From: Lama glama | Lineage: Eukaryota | DNA: 64,000 bases | NCBI GenBank assembly: GCA_028534125.1 | Contig: CM052832.1 | Span: 19,098,001-19,162,000 of the forward strand | Direction of reading: 5' to 3' | Shown here: in pieces, positions 14,070 through 27,139 of the stretch | Layout: each line of letters begins with the position of its first letter | How positions within the stretch are numbered: the stretch's first letter is position 1 | Notes under the pieces: generated by a model | The model's input: the letters and a program-made list of their open reading frames with translations, nothing else | The model's database searches: none | What the model was told of the DNA's origin: nothing | Translations under genes and position numbers: made by a program

Positions 14070-14511
14070 TAAAAATTAAGTTCAGCACAGCAAAGGAAAT
14101 CATAAAACAAAAAGACACCCTATGGAATGGGAGAAAATATTTGCAAACGATGTGACCAAGAAGAGATTAATTTCCAAAATATACAAACAGCTTATACAGC
14201 TCAATATTTTAAAAAAATTTTTAAATGAGCATTAGACCTAAATCGACATTTCTCCAAAGAAGACATACTGATGGCCAGCGGGCACATAAAAAGATGCTCA
14301 ACATCACTAATCATTAGGAAATGCAAATCAAAACCACAATGAGGTACCACCCCACACAGATCAGAATGGCCATCATCACAAAGTCTACAAATACTAAATA
14401 CTGGAGAAGTTATGGAGAAAAGGGAACCCTCCTACACTGTTGGTGGGAATGTAAGTTGGTGTTCTCACGATGGAGAAAAGAAACTCTAATTTGAAAAGAT
14501 ACATGCACTCC
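14070..14511 (+). mobile_element. LINE-1 ORF2 3' region (relatively well preserved), continues at about 16304-16400
   Basis: gaatgggagaaaatatttgcaaac...aaatgcaaatcaaaaccacaatgagg...acactgttggtgggaatgtaa. Confidence 0.8.
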
Positions 14512-14599
14512 CTGTTATTTAAGACAAGATTACAATGTACAATTTTTCTGTTAAGACTACTAATTCTCCCAGAAAGATTTAAGGAATGAACTTTCCTTT

Positions 14600-16290
14600 T
14601 TCCTACTTATCTGCAATGCCAGTTCTCATCTATCAAGTTTCCAAATATTTGTGGGTCTGTCTTTGAACTCTCTAACTTGTTCTATTGGACTGTTCAATTT
14701 ATTTGTCCCTACAATAAAAGGACACTGCCATAATTTGATAATTTCACAATAATTTTAAAAATCTGGTACAGTAAGTCCCCCACACTAATTTTTCTTTTCA
14801 GAAGTGTCCTTTGGTTTTCCACATGAATTTTAGAGTCAACTTCTTAAGTTCTGTGAAAAACCCTATTGGAATTGAAGTAGGAGTAGTATTATATTGATAT
14901 TCTTATAGTTTTGATTCTTCATATTCATGAATAAGATGTATTTCTCCATTTATTTAGATCTTATTTAGATTCATTACTTTAAATATTTAATATAGTTTAA
15001 CAGTTGTATAATTTTCTCTCATTTCTTGCAAATTTTTGTTAATTTTACTTTTTGAAGTTTAATCTGGTGTATAGAAATGAAATTGTCAGCATACATATTG
15101 ATTTTGTAGCTGACTTTATTAAATTATCCTAATTTGAATAATCTGCAGATTCCTTTGGCTATTCTTCATACATAATCTTAACACTTATGAATAATGATAG
15201 TTTTGTTTACTCCTTTCCAATCTATATGACTTTTTTTTCTTGTATTGCTCAAATAGAATATAATGCTGAATATAAGCAGTCACAGCATTTTTGACTTGTT
15301 CTTAATTTTGAAGAGAATTAAAAAAATTTAAACTATTCAGTATGTTGGTTGCTATGACGCTATTGTAGATACCCTTTATCAGTTTAAGGAAATTTTCTCT
15401 TATGCTTAGCTTGTAATAGTGTATTTTTAAAAAATTCAGTAGATGTTGAATTTTACTGGATGCTTTTCTTCATCTCCTGAGATGTTAGATTTAGATATCA
15501 AGGTATACCAGCCTTATAAAATGAGTTGGGAAATGTTCCCTCTTCATAGTTTCTGAAAGAATTTATATGATATTGGAATCACGTTTGGTAGAACTCATGG
15601 GTACAACTCTCTGGGCCCTGTATTTCTATATGGGACAATTCTAAACAACTGATGGTTTCTTTGTTATAGAACTTTTCATATTATCTCTCTTGTTTTTAAT
15701 AACTTTTGGCACTTTCCCCAGGTATTTCTTTATCTATGTTTTCTATTTACTATAAAGGTGTTCATGACAATTTCTTACTATCTTTTTATTCTGTTACATA
15801 TGCATTGTGTGCCATCTTATACACCTCATAGTTATAATTTCCCTAAGAACCTTCGCAGATATTTGATAATTATTTTAGTCTTTTTGAAGCATTTACTTTT
15901 GACTTTGCTGACTGTCTCTATTAGACGTATTTCTAATTTTAGTTACTTTGCTCAATCTTTCCTTTTACTACCTTGGCATTTATTCTATCATTTTGCTTCT
16001 AATTAAGTTGGAATAAGCTTAGTTCATTAACTTTTCAGTCTTTATGAATATGTTTTATTACACAGATTTTGTTTAAGTGTCATTCTAGCTGCATCTCCCA
16101 AATTTTGATATGTAGTATTTTCAGTATTATTTAGTTCTAGGTATTTTCTAATTTTCATCGTTTTCTCCTTTTTGACATGAGTTATTTAGACGTGTGATTT
16201 TTTTATTTTCAAGTGGATTTTTCTAGTTAATTCATTTGTTATTGTCATCTAACTTAATTGCATTATGGTCATTAAACATGGTCTATGCAA
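14600..16290 (-). mobile_element. Old, decayed LINE-1 (L1M-type) fragments
   Basis: T-rich antisense L1 ORF2-like motifs (ccacatgaattttagagtcaac, gtagataccctttatcag, ataaaatgagttgggaaatgttccc). Confidence 0.65.
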
Positions 16291-17629
16291 CACACACACA
16301 CAGAAGATAACATGCACTCCAATGTTCATAGCAGCACTATTTACTATAACCAAGACATGAAAGCAAACTTAATGTCTGCCGAGAGATGAATGGATAAAGT
16401 ATTTGATTTTTACAGTCAGATTTACAATATACTTCGTGATTTGTATCTTTTGAGAAGTCTTTACCAAATCCAAGGTCACTAAAATTTTCTCCTACATTTT
16501 CTTTTAGAGGGTTAATAGTTTTAGATCTAACATTAAATCTTAAAAACCTTTCAGTTCCCTCTTGTGTTTGTGCTCCCTGCCACCAAATCCTGGCAATCCA
16601 TTTTTTGCTTTATCCAGGAATACTTTCTACTAGCTTTCCTCTATCTTACTCCTTCTAACAGCCTCTCAGATGATTCCCCCTCCCCCTAATCGAATAGAAA
16701 AGAATATTCCTAATTCTTCTTTAAAATTATTTTTTATTATGGTAAAAAACAAACACGTAACAAAATTTATCTGTTCTAATTCTATCTTTGGGCCAGTGAC
16801 TCAAATCTAAAACATAGAGCTGCACTGAGTAGCCACTGGCCTCACATAGCTCTTTAAATGTAAATTAAAGGTTTTAATCCTCACAAAAAAAGAGGGACTT
16901 TATCTCAATATTTGAGATAAGAAAATTAAAGTTCTATAAAAATAACTTGCTAAATCACCCTTTAATGCTTGATGCTGCTCTTTATCACCAATTTATACAA
17001 AGCTGTTTGAATGATTGTCAGAGTTCTTAACCCCAAAGCTGAACACTTCGCAAACAATTTCCCTTTATTTTGTCCTTTTCTTCCTTCAAAATAGTACATA
17101 TGGGAAATCCTCATTAATTTCACCCCACTCTTACTTGATATTGCTTCAGTGTATATACTTCGTACTATACATGTATGTAACACGTGTGAATGGAACATTT
17201 CAGAACCCTGAGCTATTCCTGCGTCTCTTCACCCACTCCCCCTTTGTTTCTCTGGAGGACTACCACCACCCAACATTTTAAGCTTCCAAGAAGAGCACGA
17301 TCATACCAGCCAGCTGAGCCTTTACGTGGCTAAACAGATTCACTTGGGGAGCTTTAGAAACTAGGTTCTCACACTCCTACTTAGAATATCTGGGCATGGG
17401 GTCTGGAAATCAGTATTCCATCCAGGGAGCTTGAGGTACAACCAGGTTTATGAGTTAAAACCTCATCTATCTCAGTCTATAGAGGGAGGAATTCATTTTC
17501 CCCTTGTTTCTTCCAAGATCGTTAGCAGGAGAATAGAAAGGAAACAAAAGCACAGAAATAGACGAATTTTCTACATACAGTCCTGTACTTCATTCTCCCA
17601 AGACAGACACAGTGCTCAATAGAATGAAG

Positions 17630-17635
17630 TTTATT
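17630..17635 (-). terminator. GMNN: Probable GMNN polyadenylation signal AATAAA (ATTAAA variant at 17721-17726)
   Basis: tttatt on + strand about 230 nt beyond the GMNN stop codon. Confidence 0.55.
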
Positions 17636-17865
17636 TATCATATACACAAGTCATGTCTGACAACTGAGAAAATGCTATTTACACAAAACATCATAGATTA
17701 AAAATACACAGTATTTGTATTTTAATACAATAATAGTGTCCCATGATACAAACAAGGAAGTTCGATTCCAAGTTTGCACTACATAGTTATTTGCTCTGCT
17801 ACAAAGGACTATAGTGGAGGTAAACTTTGGCAGTATGTTTCTCAAAAGTCAAATATTACTGAATT

Positions 17866-18027
17866 TCATGTACAGGGTTCTGCATCTGTAGAGGAAGAGA
17901 CAACTTCTTCAGCACAAGCACCAACTTCTGAGTCTTCTACTTCCAAATCCTCACCAGTTTCCTCTTCAGATTCAAATTCCTGACTATCCGGTGATTCAGA
18001 GTTATCCAGAGGTTCATTACTCAGTCT
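17866..18027 (-). CDS. GMNN: Geminin last coding exon, [53 protein letters not shown]
   Basis: Acceptor ctttaaaag; 162 nt; stop TGA at 17868-17866; acidic geminin tail. Confidence 0.93.
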   Translation of the reverse strand, partial: RLSNEPLDNSESPDSQEFESEEETGEDLEVEDSEVGACAEEVVSSSTDAEPCT

Positions 18028-18531
18028 CTTTTAAAGAATAAACCAATAATTTATTGTAAAAACATTAAAATCCAAGCCTATTATCAGTATGCTGATGTAA
18101 CTGACCCTCAGTGCTGTAGTGAGGTTTTATTTCATAATATCTCTCAATTAAGTTCACCTATAAGTAGTCAAGTGTTATATCAAAGTCTTTACCATGTTAG
18201 AGCATATTTTTGCAAAGACACAGTGTTTAATAATTTGCTTGCTTCTTTTTTTTAAAGCACTCACATGCTTTCAGAACAGTCTGAATCAGCACTTCTCAAA
18301 CTATGTGTGGTGAAGGACCACGTTTCCTAATTTCCCATCTGCTGGGGACCAGTACTTTCATGGCAGCTGAAGGAGCTCATACAGTGCTTCCAAATGAAAA
18401 CTTCAAATATGAGTTCTGTCACAGCTCTAAAATCTAAGGCAGAAATTCAGTGCAAGAAAAGTTTTGATTTGAAAAACATCCCCTGACCCTAAGTAAATAA
18501 ATAAACAAACCAGGGAAAAAAAAAACCCAAA

Positions 18532-18642
18532 TTAAAAAATACATCTTAAACTTGTTCATGTTTGCAAAGAAACAAAAAACTTTCTTCCCATCAACAAGAT
18601 GATTTTTTACAAACATGAACAAGTTTAAGATGTATTTTTTAA
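18532..18642. repeat. Perfect 33-bp inverted repeat with 45-nt spacer
   Basis: 18532-18564 ttaaaaaatacatcttaaacttgttcatgtttg is the exact reverse complement of 18610-18642. Confidence 0.95.
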
Positions 18643-19039
18643 GCCAAGACTGGTAAAGTAATTCTCATCAGGCTAATTCTTCTTATAAACACATTAACTA
18701 CCTCCAAATTAGAAATTTTAAAAGTCAGATAGCACCTGTTCCTAATGGCCCAATACTAATTAGTGTTAGATACACATATTTGTTTGCTCATGTCTTGTGC
18801 AAACAAATCTCCTTGCATTTAAAAAAAAAAAAGTAAAGTAAAAAAATTAAAAAGTCAGGTAAGTTATTCAGCACACCAATTACCAATTTTATAAATGACA
18901 GTACTGACTGGCATTAAAGTTAAATTTAAAACGGTCTGAAAATTTGTCAGCTGTGAAATATGATTTTCCATATATTTTTCCTTATATATATCTTTCCATA
19001 TATATTTCCATATATATCTCCCTACAAGAAAAGCGATGT

Positions 19040-19290
19040 TTCATAATAGTAAATAATAGCATCCACTAGTTACTGGGCTCTCACTGTGGGCAGTTCCCTC
19101 ATTTTTCTATCGTAATTCATTACTCTCATAAGAAGCCTACGAACTAGGCACTATTACTCCCCCTTTATAGATGAGGAAAATGAAGCCCCGGCAGGATAAA
19201 TAATCTCCTTGACTCAAACTTAACGGTGCCAGAAAGGGAGCTAAGACTCCAGCCCAGAAATCCGATTCTAGAACCCAAACACTTACTGAT
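19040..19290. mobile_element. MIR SINE
   Basis: MIR core motif ctattactccccctttatagatgaggaaaatgaagc. Confidence 0.6.
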
Positions 19291-19324
19291 CACACTTTCT
19301 AGAAAAAGGGATGATTCTGAGTCA

Positions 19325-19456
<132 letters not shown>

Positions 19457-19761
19457 CTATGTGACATAAATTAAGAAGTTCAGTATTCCACAGATTTGCC
19501 AAGCTATAAACCAAATTATGTGCCTCCAAGTGTATAACTGATAGATACATTAGCACAAAGTTCCTAACAAAGGTGCTATCTTTGGCTCTCAACACAACCG
19601 GTTTCTTTTTGTATTTAATTCCAGTAACAGTTTCCTAATTAAACTTTCATTAGGCCGGCATTAAAGCTAGTTTATATTGCTCTAATAAAAATATGCTCAA
19701 GCAGCAGAAGGAAAGTAATCCCAGAATGTTTAAAATGCCACAAATTATATTCAGTACATAC

Positions 19762-19844
19762 TTTCTCATTTTCCTTAAGTGCTTCATAGAGAGCCTTCCT
19801 CCGTTTTTCTGCCACTTCTTTCCAATAATGAGAAGATGGATTTT
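19762..19844 (-). CDS. GMNN: Geminin exon, (E)[27 protein letters not shown]
   Basis: Acceptor tattttag, donor gtatgt, 83 nt; geminin-family YWKEVAE motif. Confidence 0.95.
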
Positions 19845-20139
19845 CTAAAATAAATTAAAATTTTACATGTAACTTTGAAAATTACTATTATATACTGCTA
19901 TAAAACCCAATAATTTCTTGTATTTAAAAAAATTTACTATCTTACCCAGTACTCCACAATACCCATTTTTAAAAGATTAAAGTTAGGAAACCAAATCAAT
20001 TAAAAACATTTTTCCCAACATCGTGAAGATTCCAGTCCTTCAAAAGAATCTCAACACAAGTACGATACACATGTAACTTTCACCGAGGTTGTTAAAGGTG
20101 TGTGCAACATTTGCTTTCTGTGTTTGTATTTTTTAAATT

Positions 20140-21300
20140 TGTTTAACACTGGCATTTGTGAAAAGTTAAGGCCAGTTAGTTTTACACTGTCTTTAAATTT
20201 AATTTGTCCAGTTTCATGGTTAGATTCAAGCTAAACATTCTGGCAGAAACCTGTGTAAGTACGCTGTATCCTTCTCAATGTTCCATCTGGGGAGCACACA
20301 CTCATCTGTCACAATGCTGGAGATGTTAAATTTGCAGATGATTTCTCCCTTGAAAGATACTTTTTTCCTTTAGTAACAAATAAATGATTTACAGAGTAAA
20401 ATTTTTGAGTCTGTGTTAACATCCAGTTCCCTACCAACCTTTCACCCAATTTTAACTCTGATGTTTCTTGCTTAAATCTATTACTTCTATGGTGGATGAA
20501 AAGGAGTGATTTTCTATTTATGAAATTCCTTCTACATTTAGTAGTTGGCGTTATTCTGTAAAAGAACTTTCCCTACCCCAAATCAGAACAAAATTAGCAG
20601 TATGGATTCATGTCTTCTGTTCTACTTCAGTGTGTTACACTCCATTCTTGTCCTTATTCATTTTGATGCTCAAATCTTCCTAAATTTAGCCAGGGAGACC
20701 CCTTCAAGCAGACTCCTTGTCCTTTTAACACATCCATCAGTTTCTGAGTACTTCCTTATTTTCTAACACGAGAGGTTCCAAGCTCACTCTACAGTTTCCC
20801 TGCCCGAGTCCTGGAAGCAGCCACTTCTCCAGGGAGCTTTAAGAGAGAATAGAGATTACAAACCAAAAACCAGGCGTGGCTGTGCTTCTTGTCACATGTT
20901 TCTGGGCTCTTTCACTGGCAGAGTTAAGAGAAGCTCTTTTTTAAAGTCATCAGTTTATACCAACACTCCACCTCCACTACAGGGTTCCTCCTTTCCTTCC
21001 CCATTATAGTGTACCTCCTGTCACCATACCATCTACCCAGCAATATCAGCGTATCACTCATCTGTTCAATCCTAAAACACACACAAACTTTTTTCAAACT
21101 TGCTATATCAATACCACTGCCAGCAAAAATTAAATTCAAGATTTCTTTGTAGTTCTTTTAATCCTCATAATATGTCCCCCAAGGGCCTATAGTCAGAGTT
21201 CTGTGTTCAAGTTACATGGATTAATTTTTTTTTCATTTATGTGGTTATGTTAGCAATATGATGTATAGTTGTTTGTTTCCATATTTAACTGTAATGTTTC
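20140..21300 (-). mobile_element. Old LINE-1 (L1MC/ME-like) 3' region in GMNN intron
   Basis: Motifs ggttagattcaagctaaacatt, attcattttgatgctcaaat, gctcactctacagtttccctgccc. Confidence 0.5.
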
Positions 21301-22022
21301 TTCCATCAACCTTTGTTAATTTTAGTCAAATTAGAAATGAGTATCACAAATCCTATTGTTTATTTTACATTATTGAAGAGCTTCTTTATTTCTATGCAGT
21401 CAGCTTTTCCAGTTTTGCCTAATAAAACCCCACTGTCTTCCTGGCAACTCAAAATGTGTCCAAATGTCACTATAACCTTGAGTAAGTCGATTAACTTGTC
21501 TAGGTCTCATATTTTTTCCTCAGCAATAATATCCAATGACCCATGAGTAGTACAGAATTAATCATACTGCTTACAAAACATCATTAGCTTCCTCTTTTGA
21601 TTTCTACTGGCATTCCATTAAAAACTAGTATTTACTACAGCACATGCTTCTCATTCATCTTCCCCACCTTTATTGTTCCTGTTGGCTCCCTTACTTCACA
21701 TTCTCTTGGTATCTTCTAATTCCTTTCTTCAAATTCATTCCTAGACATATGTCTTCTGAAAGACTATTTCTAAGTCTTGTAAGTCCGGTATCAGAGCTGC
21801 CATATTAATCACTATCTTTTTCTTTAATATTTCATCCATATCTGGGTCTTACCAGTTAGTGTTTTATATATTTACAACCATAAGCAATTTTAAATTATCG
21901 AGAACACAAAAGTAAAATATCTAATAGGTTAAGAGGCTGTGGGCAGAATTCATAACAGTATAATAAATAATATTTACCTTTATTATAATTAAAAAATTTT
22001 TAAATTATATATTTTTTCATAC

Positions 22023-22170
22023 CTGTAATCATAAGATCAAATGCTTCTTGAGTGACTCCTCCAAGATCTTTATTTTCACTATGTTCTGGGATAGTAACAA
22101 CTCCAGAGCTGGAAGTCTTAGATATTAACTGATCATTCCAATGTTTTCTTTTGGGCAAGCCTTTAACCAA
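22023..22170 (-). CDS. GMNN: Geminin exon, [49 protein letters not shown]
   Basis: Acceptor tattatag, donor gtatga, 148 nt (49 codons +1). Confidence 0.95.
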
Positions 22171-22783
22171 CTATAATACAAATGTATACATCAGTCTCAC
22201 TTATTTTGTTTTACTGAGTAAGAAACCTGGGCGGTTTTGTCACTTATGTATTAAATATAGAGCACTCACATATCTGTATCTTTTTGATACCTTTGGATCT
22301 TTTAAAAAATTACACAACTCAAAACGTTACCAAAATGTACAGTTGTACTCTATTTGCAGCAACTATTTTGGATTAGACTTGGGTCTAAGACTTAGCTAAA
22401 TTTATTTTTATTGTTTAAATAATTCAGTACCATGGAAAGGCACTATTTTAAACCTGCAAAAGTCTAAAAACCCTCACCCTTTTCTACAGGGCTAAATGAA
22501 TGAGCCCAATTTTTATTCTCAAAACATCAACATTAGACCTCTAGGCTAATTCATAACTTATTACGTCATTCCAGTTCTACTACAGGTATTCATACCAGTT
22601 TAGAACTTACTAAATTGAACAATTAAAACAAAAACCACTTCAGTGGGGGATACAAAATTGTTACTCTTATATTATTTCCATTAATTTCATTGATTTAGGT
22701 ATTTCTGACCAAGAAAATCTTTGAAATGTTTTTAAAGTAAAGGTACTATCATCTGTACCTGATTCTAGCCCAAAAATACCTAC

Positions 22784-22861
22784 CTCATTTTCTCTTCCAA
22801 CAAGAGACCCAGCCGCAGAAGGCTGAATCATCTTCAGAGTTCTTCTTGGAACAGGACTACT
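22784..22861 (-). CDS. GMNN: Geminin exon with destruction box, [26 protein letters not shown]
   Basis: Acceptor actttcag, donor gtaggt, 78 nt; D-box RRTLKMIQP at residues 23-31. Confidence 0.95.
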
Positions 22862-25269
22862 CTGAAAGTCAAGATAATAAATTATCTGGTTACTAAGTTT
22901 CCATATGGATTATTACTGCGTTAGTCCCACTATAATTAACAACAACAAAAAAGAAATGCTAAAGACACTAATATTTGATCAGCTGTGTAAGTTTATAATG
23001 CTACACATGGACAACACACAAACAAGTAGCTTCTCTCCTCCCACTGCAATAGGTGCTGCTGCTATGGTCATACAGTCATTTGTTTAGTTAAAACAAAAAT
23101 ATGACAAAATTCCTAACACTTCAATCCATGTGTGATGGAATTGCGGTATAACGGAAATATTTGTATTCCCTCTTAAAAAAGATCTTCCACAAAGAAACTA
23201 GGAATTTACCAAAATCATAACCTTTTTTGTAGAAACCCACAAGAGAGGCAAATTGGAGGGAAAGGTCAATTATTTATACTGCAAAATACTTCTTCCCCTA
23301 ATCAAAAGGATTTATCTCAGGCTTCCCTTAAACTGTGAATATCCCCTAACACATTTATATTAATTCAAATATAATTTTTAAGTACATTACACAAAACCAC
23401 ATGTAAGAAGACCTACTCCCCACCTTCAGCCTTCACCTGACTGTAGAAGCAGTTTTGCTTCAAGCCCATTCGTTAGCAGACAGTGAAAATGTCAGTGCTT
23501 GAGGTGTACTGAAACTCTAAAATGCCCAAGCTATTGTTTTGAAAAAAATACTGCCTTCCCTGTAATATGTAAATACATTCCTGTATATTTCCTGTTCTAA
23601 AAGCTCTCTCTATTTTTGCAAAAAATCATTAGTTATACTGCCACCATGGGATAGCAAACAATGGTGAATACTCAAACAAGGTTAGCAAGAACATGATACC
23701 AAAGCAGCGTGAGAAAGTTACTGATTCCACACTGTACTTCACACGACTAGAATTCACCTTTCCCACGGTAAATTTTCTACTGCTGATTATTATCTCACTA
23801 TTTAACTGAAGAACAAATGCCAGTTACTGGGAGAACAAATATTACACCAACTTTCAGATACAATTTAGATTATAGATTAGTCAAAAGTCTCCAGACAAAT
23901 AGAAGAAAATAAAGCTTTGGAACCTTAATAGTAGGAGGTGTGAATTTATTTAAATGTTTGCTACTAATAAAGGCCAAAGAAGCCAGCTACATTACTGTCA
24001 CAAAAAAGGACAACTTCTAATATTTAACTTTTATACCTGTAAACTTTACAGCATCCAGCCCCCCAGATGTAATATTGTTATTATCATTTTATTAATACAG
24101 ATCATGCATTACAATAGTAAACTCTTTCGAGCCAGAAAGGTTGTTTTATATCAATGGGTCTTAATCTCTTTAGAAAACAATTTGAGATTCTGTGAACTAC
24201 CTCAAAAAACAAACAAGAGCACACTTAGAATTTATGTATAACTGGCAAGGAATCCATGAACTCTTAAATATACTCTTAGTGGTCTAGTTTCAGTCCAATT
24301 CCCTCATTTTACTGATGAGTAAACTGAGATTGAGAGGCTAAATAACTCACCCAACGTCAACGTCACAGTTTTGGAGGCAGAACCAGAACCAAACAGAACC
24401 CAAATCCTTTTACATCCTAGTTAGTTTTACTATAGCTACTAAAGATTAGACTTCTCTTTAAATATTAGGATCTGCTGGAATTATATAATTATTTGTCTGG
24501 GACTTGATTCAAAATGATTCAGTGGAGGTAAGAGTGAATGGAGATGAAGACGAAACAAGACTGGCTGCATACTGATAACTGATGAAAATGGGAGAAGTAA
24601 ACTGAGATTATACTGTTGACTCTACTTTTGAATATTTGACGATTTTCACAATAAAAAGTTTAAAAACACACACCTACAATGCACAGTGGGAAGATGTCAC
24701 CATCCTGAATGGAAGCTGATAGAATCAAATCCACAAATTATCAATGCAAAGTATTAAAGAAAAATAGAGTAAGGAACACACTGCGTAAGGCAAGGTAAAC
24801 AAAACAACCTATCAAAAAGCATCTGCTATCACTTACAAAAGGCTTTTATTTATACTATACAATTTAAACCTGCAAACTGATAAACTTTCCTGACAACGTG
24901 GTCTCACTCCCAAGAACCCTAAGAATATAGTTTAAGTTGTGTGGTAAGATCTAGCTAAGTTGTAAATCCATTTAGAACTGTAAGAGCAAAGCCTGTCAAA
25001 ATTACAAACCCAAAATTAAGCTCTGTCCTTAACTGTTACAAGAATAAACATTTGGGAGAAGATTTCCAGTGACAGTATAAAACAGGGATTCAAAAAGTGT
25101 GGCAGAACAAGCAGGTTAGATGGTAATGAGTATGATGTACCCTGGAAATATATTCAATATAATGCAAAATGCAAAATGTCTCTGTGGTCAGACACTAATC
25201 TGAAGATACACGCAAAGGGTTTTAAGAAAATCATTTCATGAAATGTAAGAGTAGAAACGAAGCAATAAC

Positions 25270-25592
25270 GATCTTGTATACAGAAAATCCTAAGTAATCT
25301 ACTAAACAACTATTAGAACTATTAAGTTCAGCAAGGTTGCACGATACAAGATCAAGATACAAAAATCAACTATTTCTATACAGTAGCAATGAGCACAACA
25401 AAAATTTAATTAAGGAAATGATCCCGTCTACAAAAGTATTAAAAAGAATAAAATACTTAGGAAAGAATTTAACAAAAAAAAAAGTGAAAAACTCAAAACT
25501 CTGAAAACTACAAAACATTTGTTGAAAGAAAGTAAAGACGACCAAGATAAATGGAAAGACATCCCGTGTATGTGGATCAGAAAACTTAACAT
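25270..25592 (+). mobile_element. LINE-1 ORF2 fragment
   Basis: ttcagcaaggttgcacgatacaagatcaa...aataaaatacttagga...aaatggaaagacatccc. Confidence 0.75.
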
Positions 25593-25763
25593 TCAACCAT
25601 AATTAATTTTTAAACAGTTCTCTATTATTACTTGTCCTCAGACTAAAAATTGAGTAATTAAAGGATTACTGAAATTGTAGCCAGGTTAAATTTGACTAAA
25701 TTACGTCAAAAAACATCTAACTACATGCTATCTACAACAGATCAAAGTGATTGTATCACATAC

Positions 25764-25814
25764 CTTGACATTCTCTTGGATTCCTTCTTGTTTCTGCTTC
25801 ATACTGGGATTCAT
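25764..25814 (-). CDS. GMNN: Geminin first coding exon, MNPSMKQKQEGIQENVK
   Basis: ATG at 25814-25812, donor gtatgt; likely acceptor tag puts exon start at 25839 (25 nt of UTR). The six exons total 633 nt = 210 aa + stop. Confidence 0.95.
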
Positions 25815-27139
25815 TATACACCTGGCAACGAACAGAAGACTAGTTAATTCGAAAACAGAGTATCATCTGCATCAGAAGGTGAAATCTAGTTTTTCTGCTG
25901 TTGAAAGTACAACTGTAGAAATCAAAATAAAAAAATCGTAACAATAAAAAAAAGAACTATCTTTTCTCACTGTACCCAAACTCAGTCCTGTCAATGACAA
26001 GTGACTAAACCTAATGACTTTAATTATCTCTACTTTATATACACACAAACACACAATTCTGGCTGGAAAAATCTTGTTCCAAAAGGAAAATCTGTGTTCC
26101 CAACAAATTTACAAAACATGATGATGTCCTGGATTAAATACAAGGCTTTCAAAGATCTGAAAAATGGTCACCAGGAAAAAGCAAAACAGATATGTGGGTA
26201 TGCCCAAATCTGTCCTAAAGAACAGCACCCTAACTTTGCTGTTTCAAAGGCAGATTTAAGCTACAATAAACTTGGCTCTGGTAACCAGCGATAACAATAT
26301 CCAATCAAGATTATGCATTTACGTGTGTAGGGAATGTTTAACTACCACTACGAACTGAGACACTGATCGAAGCAAAGAGGGAGCAGGAGATGAAGAGGTA
26401 TGTAATGTTAACAGATCACTGGGCCAGACTCACCCCAAGCCCAACTCTAAACTCCCCAACCAAGTCTGTCTCTGAAACAGATCTCCCTGATTTCTGTGGC
26501 CATGCATTTCTTTACTCAGGGCATATGATCCATCACTTGTTAATACATTGTACACTATGCCCTAGCACACAGAAAGACAAGCAAAAAAATTTAGGATGCA
26601 AAATTTAATCTAATTGTGCGATGTACCCTATTTTCTACCCTATTTCACGTTAAGCAAATGCTGGTCGGGACCAACTAAACTGAACCAGGGCAATGATTTT
26701 CAAACTGCAGGTCGCGGGGCCTGGGATCCCAAAATCACTTAACGGGTGTTTGGAAAATGTAACTGAACAGAGTGTAATTGAAGAGACGAGAATACAGCAG
26801 AGTGTGTGGCACGGGAAGGATAAATACTGCTTCGTAAAGGTTCTAATTTGGTTGGAGGGTTGCGTCCTGAATTGTGATACAAGGTGTGCTTTTCGTACGT
26901 GTCACGATTTAAAAAGTTGAAGGCCACGGATCAAGTCTAATCCTTCACTGTTTATCACACTGCCGCCAACAACCTTGCACCCTTACTTTTTATTCTCTAG
27001 CTTTTAAAAACAACTAGACTGAAAACTCCAGTATAGGACTGGGTCCAAGGAAATCCTGATAAACTGGTGAAAAAAGTGTCACCAAGTCCAATATTCTTTT
27101 TCAAATGGGTGATGCAGGATTCAGGGACCTCCTCCCACG

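Noticed and set aside
16900..16920. Short palindrome ttatctcaa-tat-ttgagataa
   Set aside because: A 9-bp AT-rich stem is expected by chance in 64 kb.
17774..17983. Ser-rich plus-strand ORF
   Set aside because: Antisense shadow of the acidic last GMNN exon.
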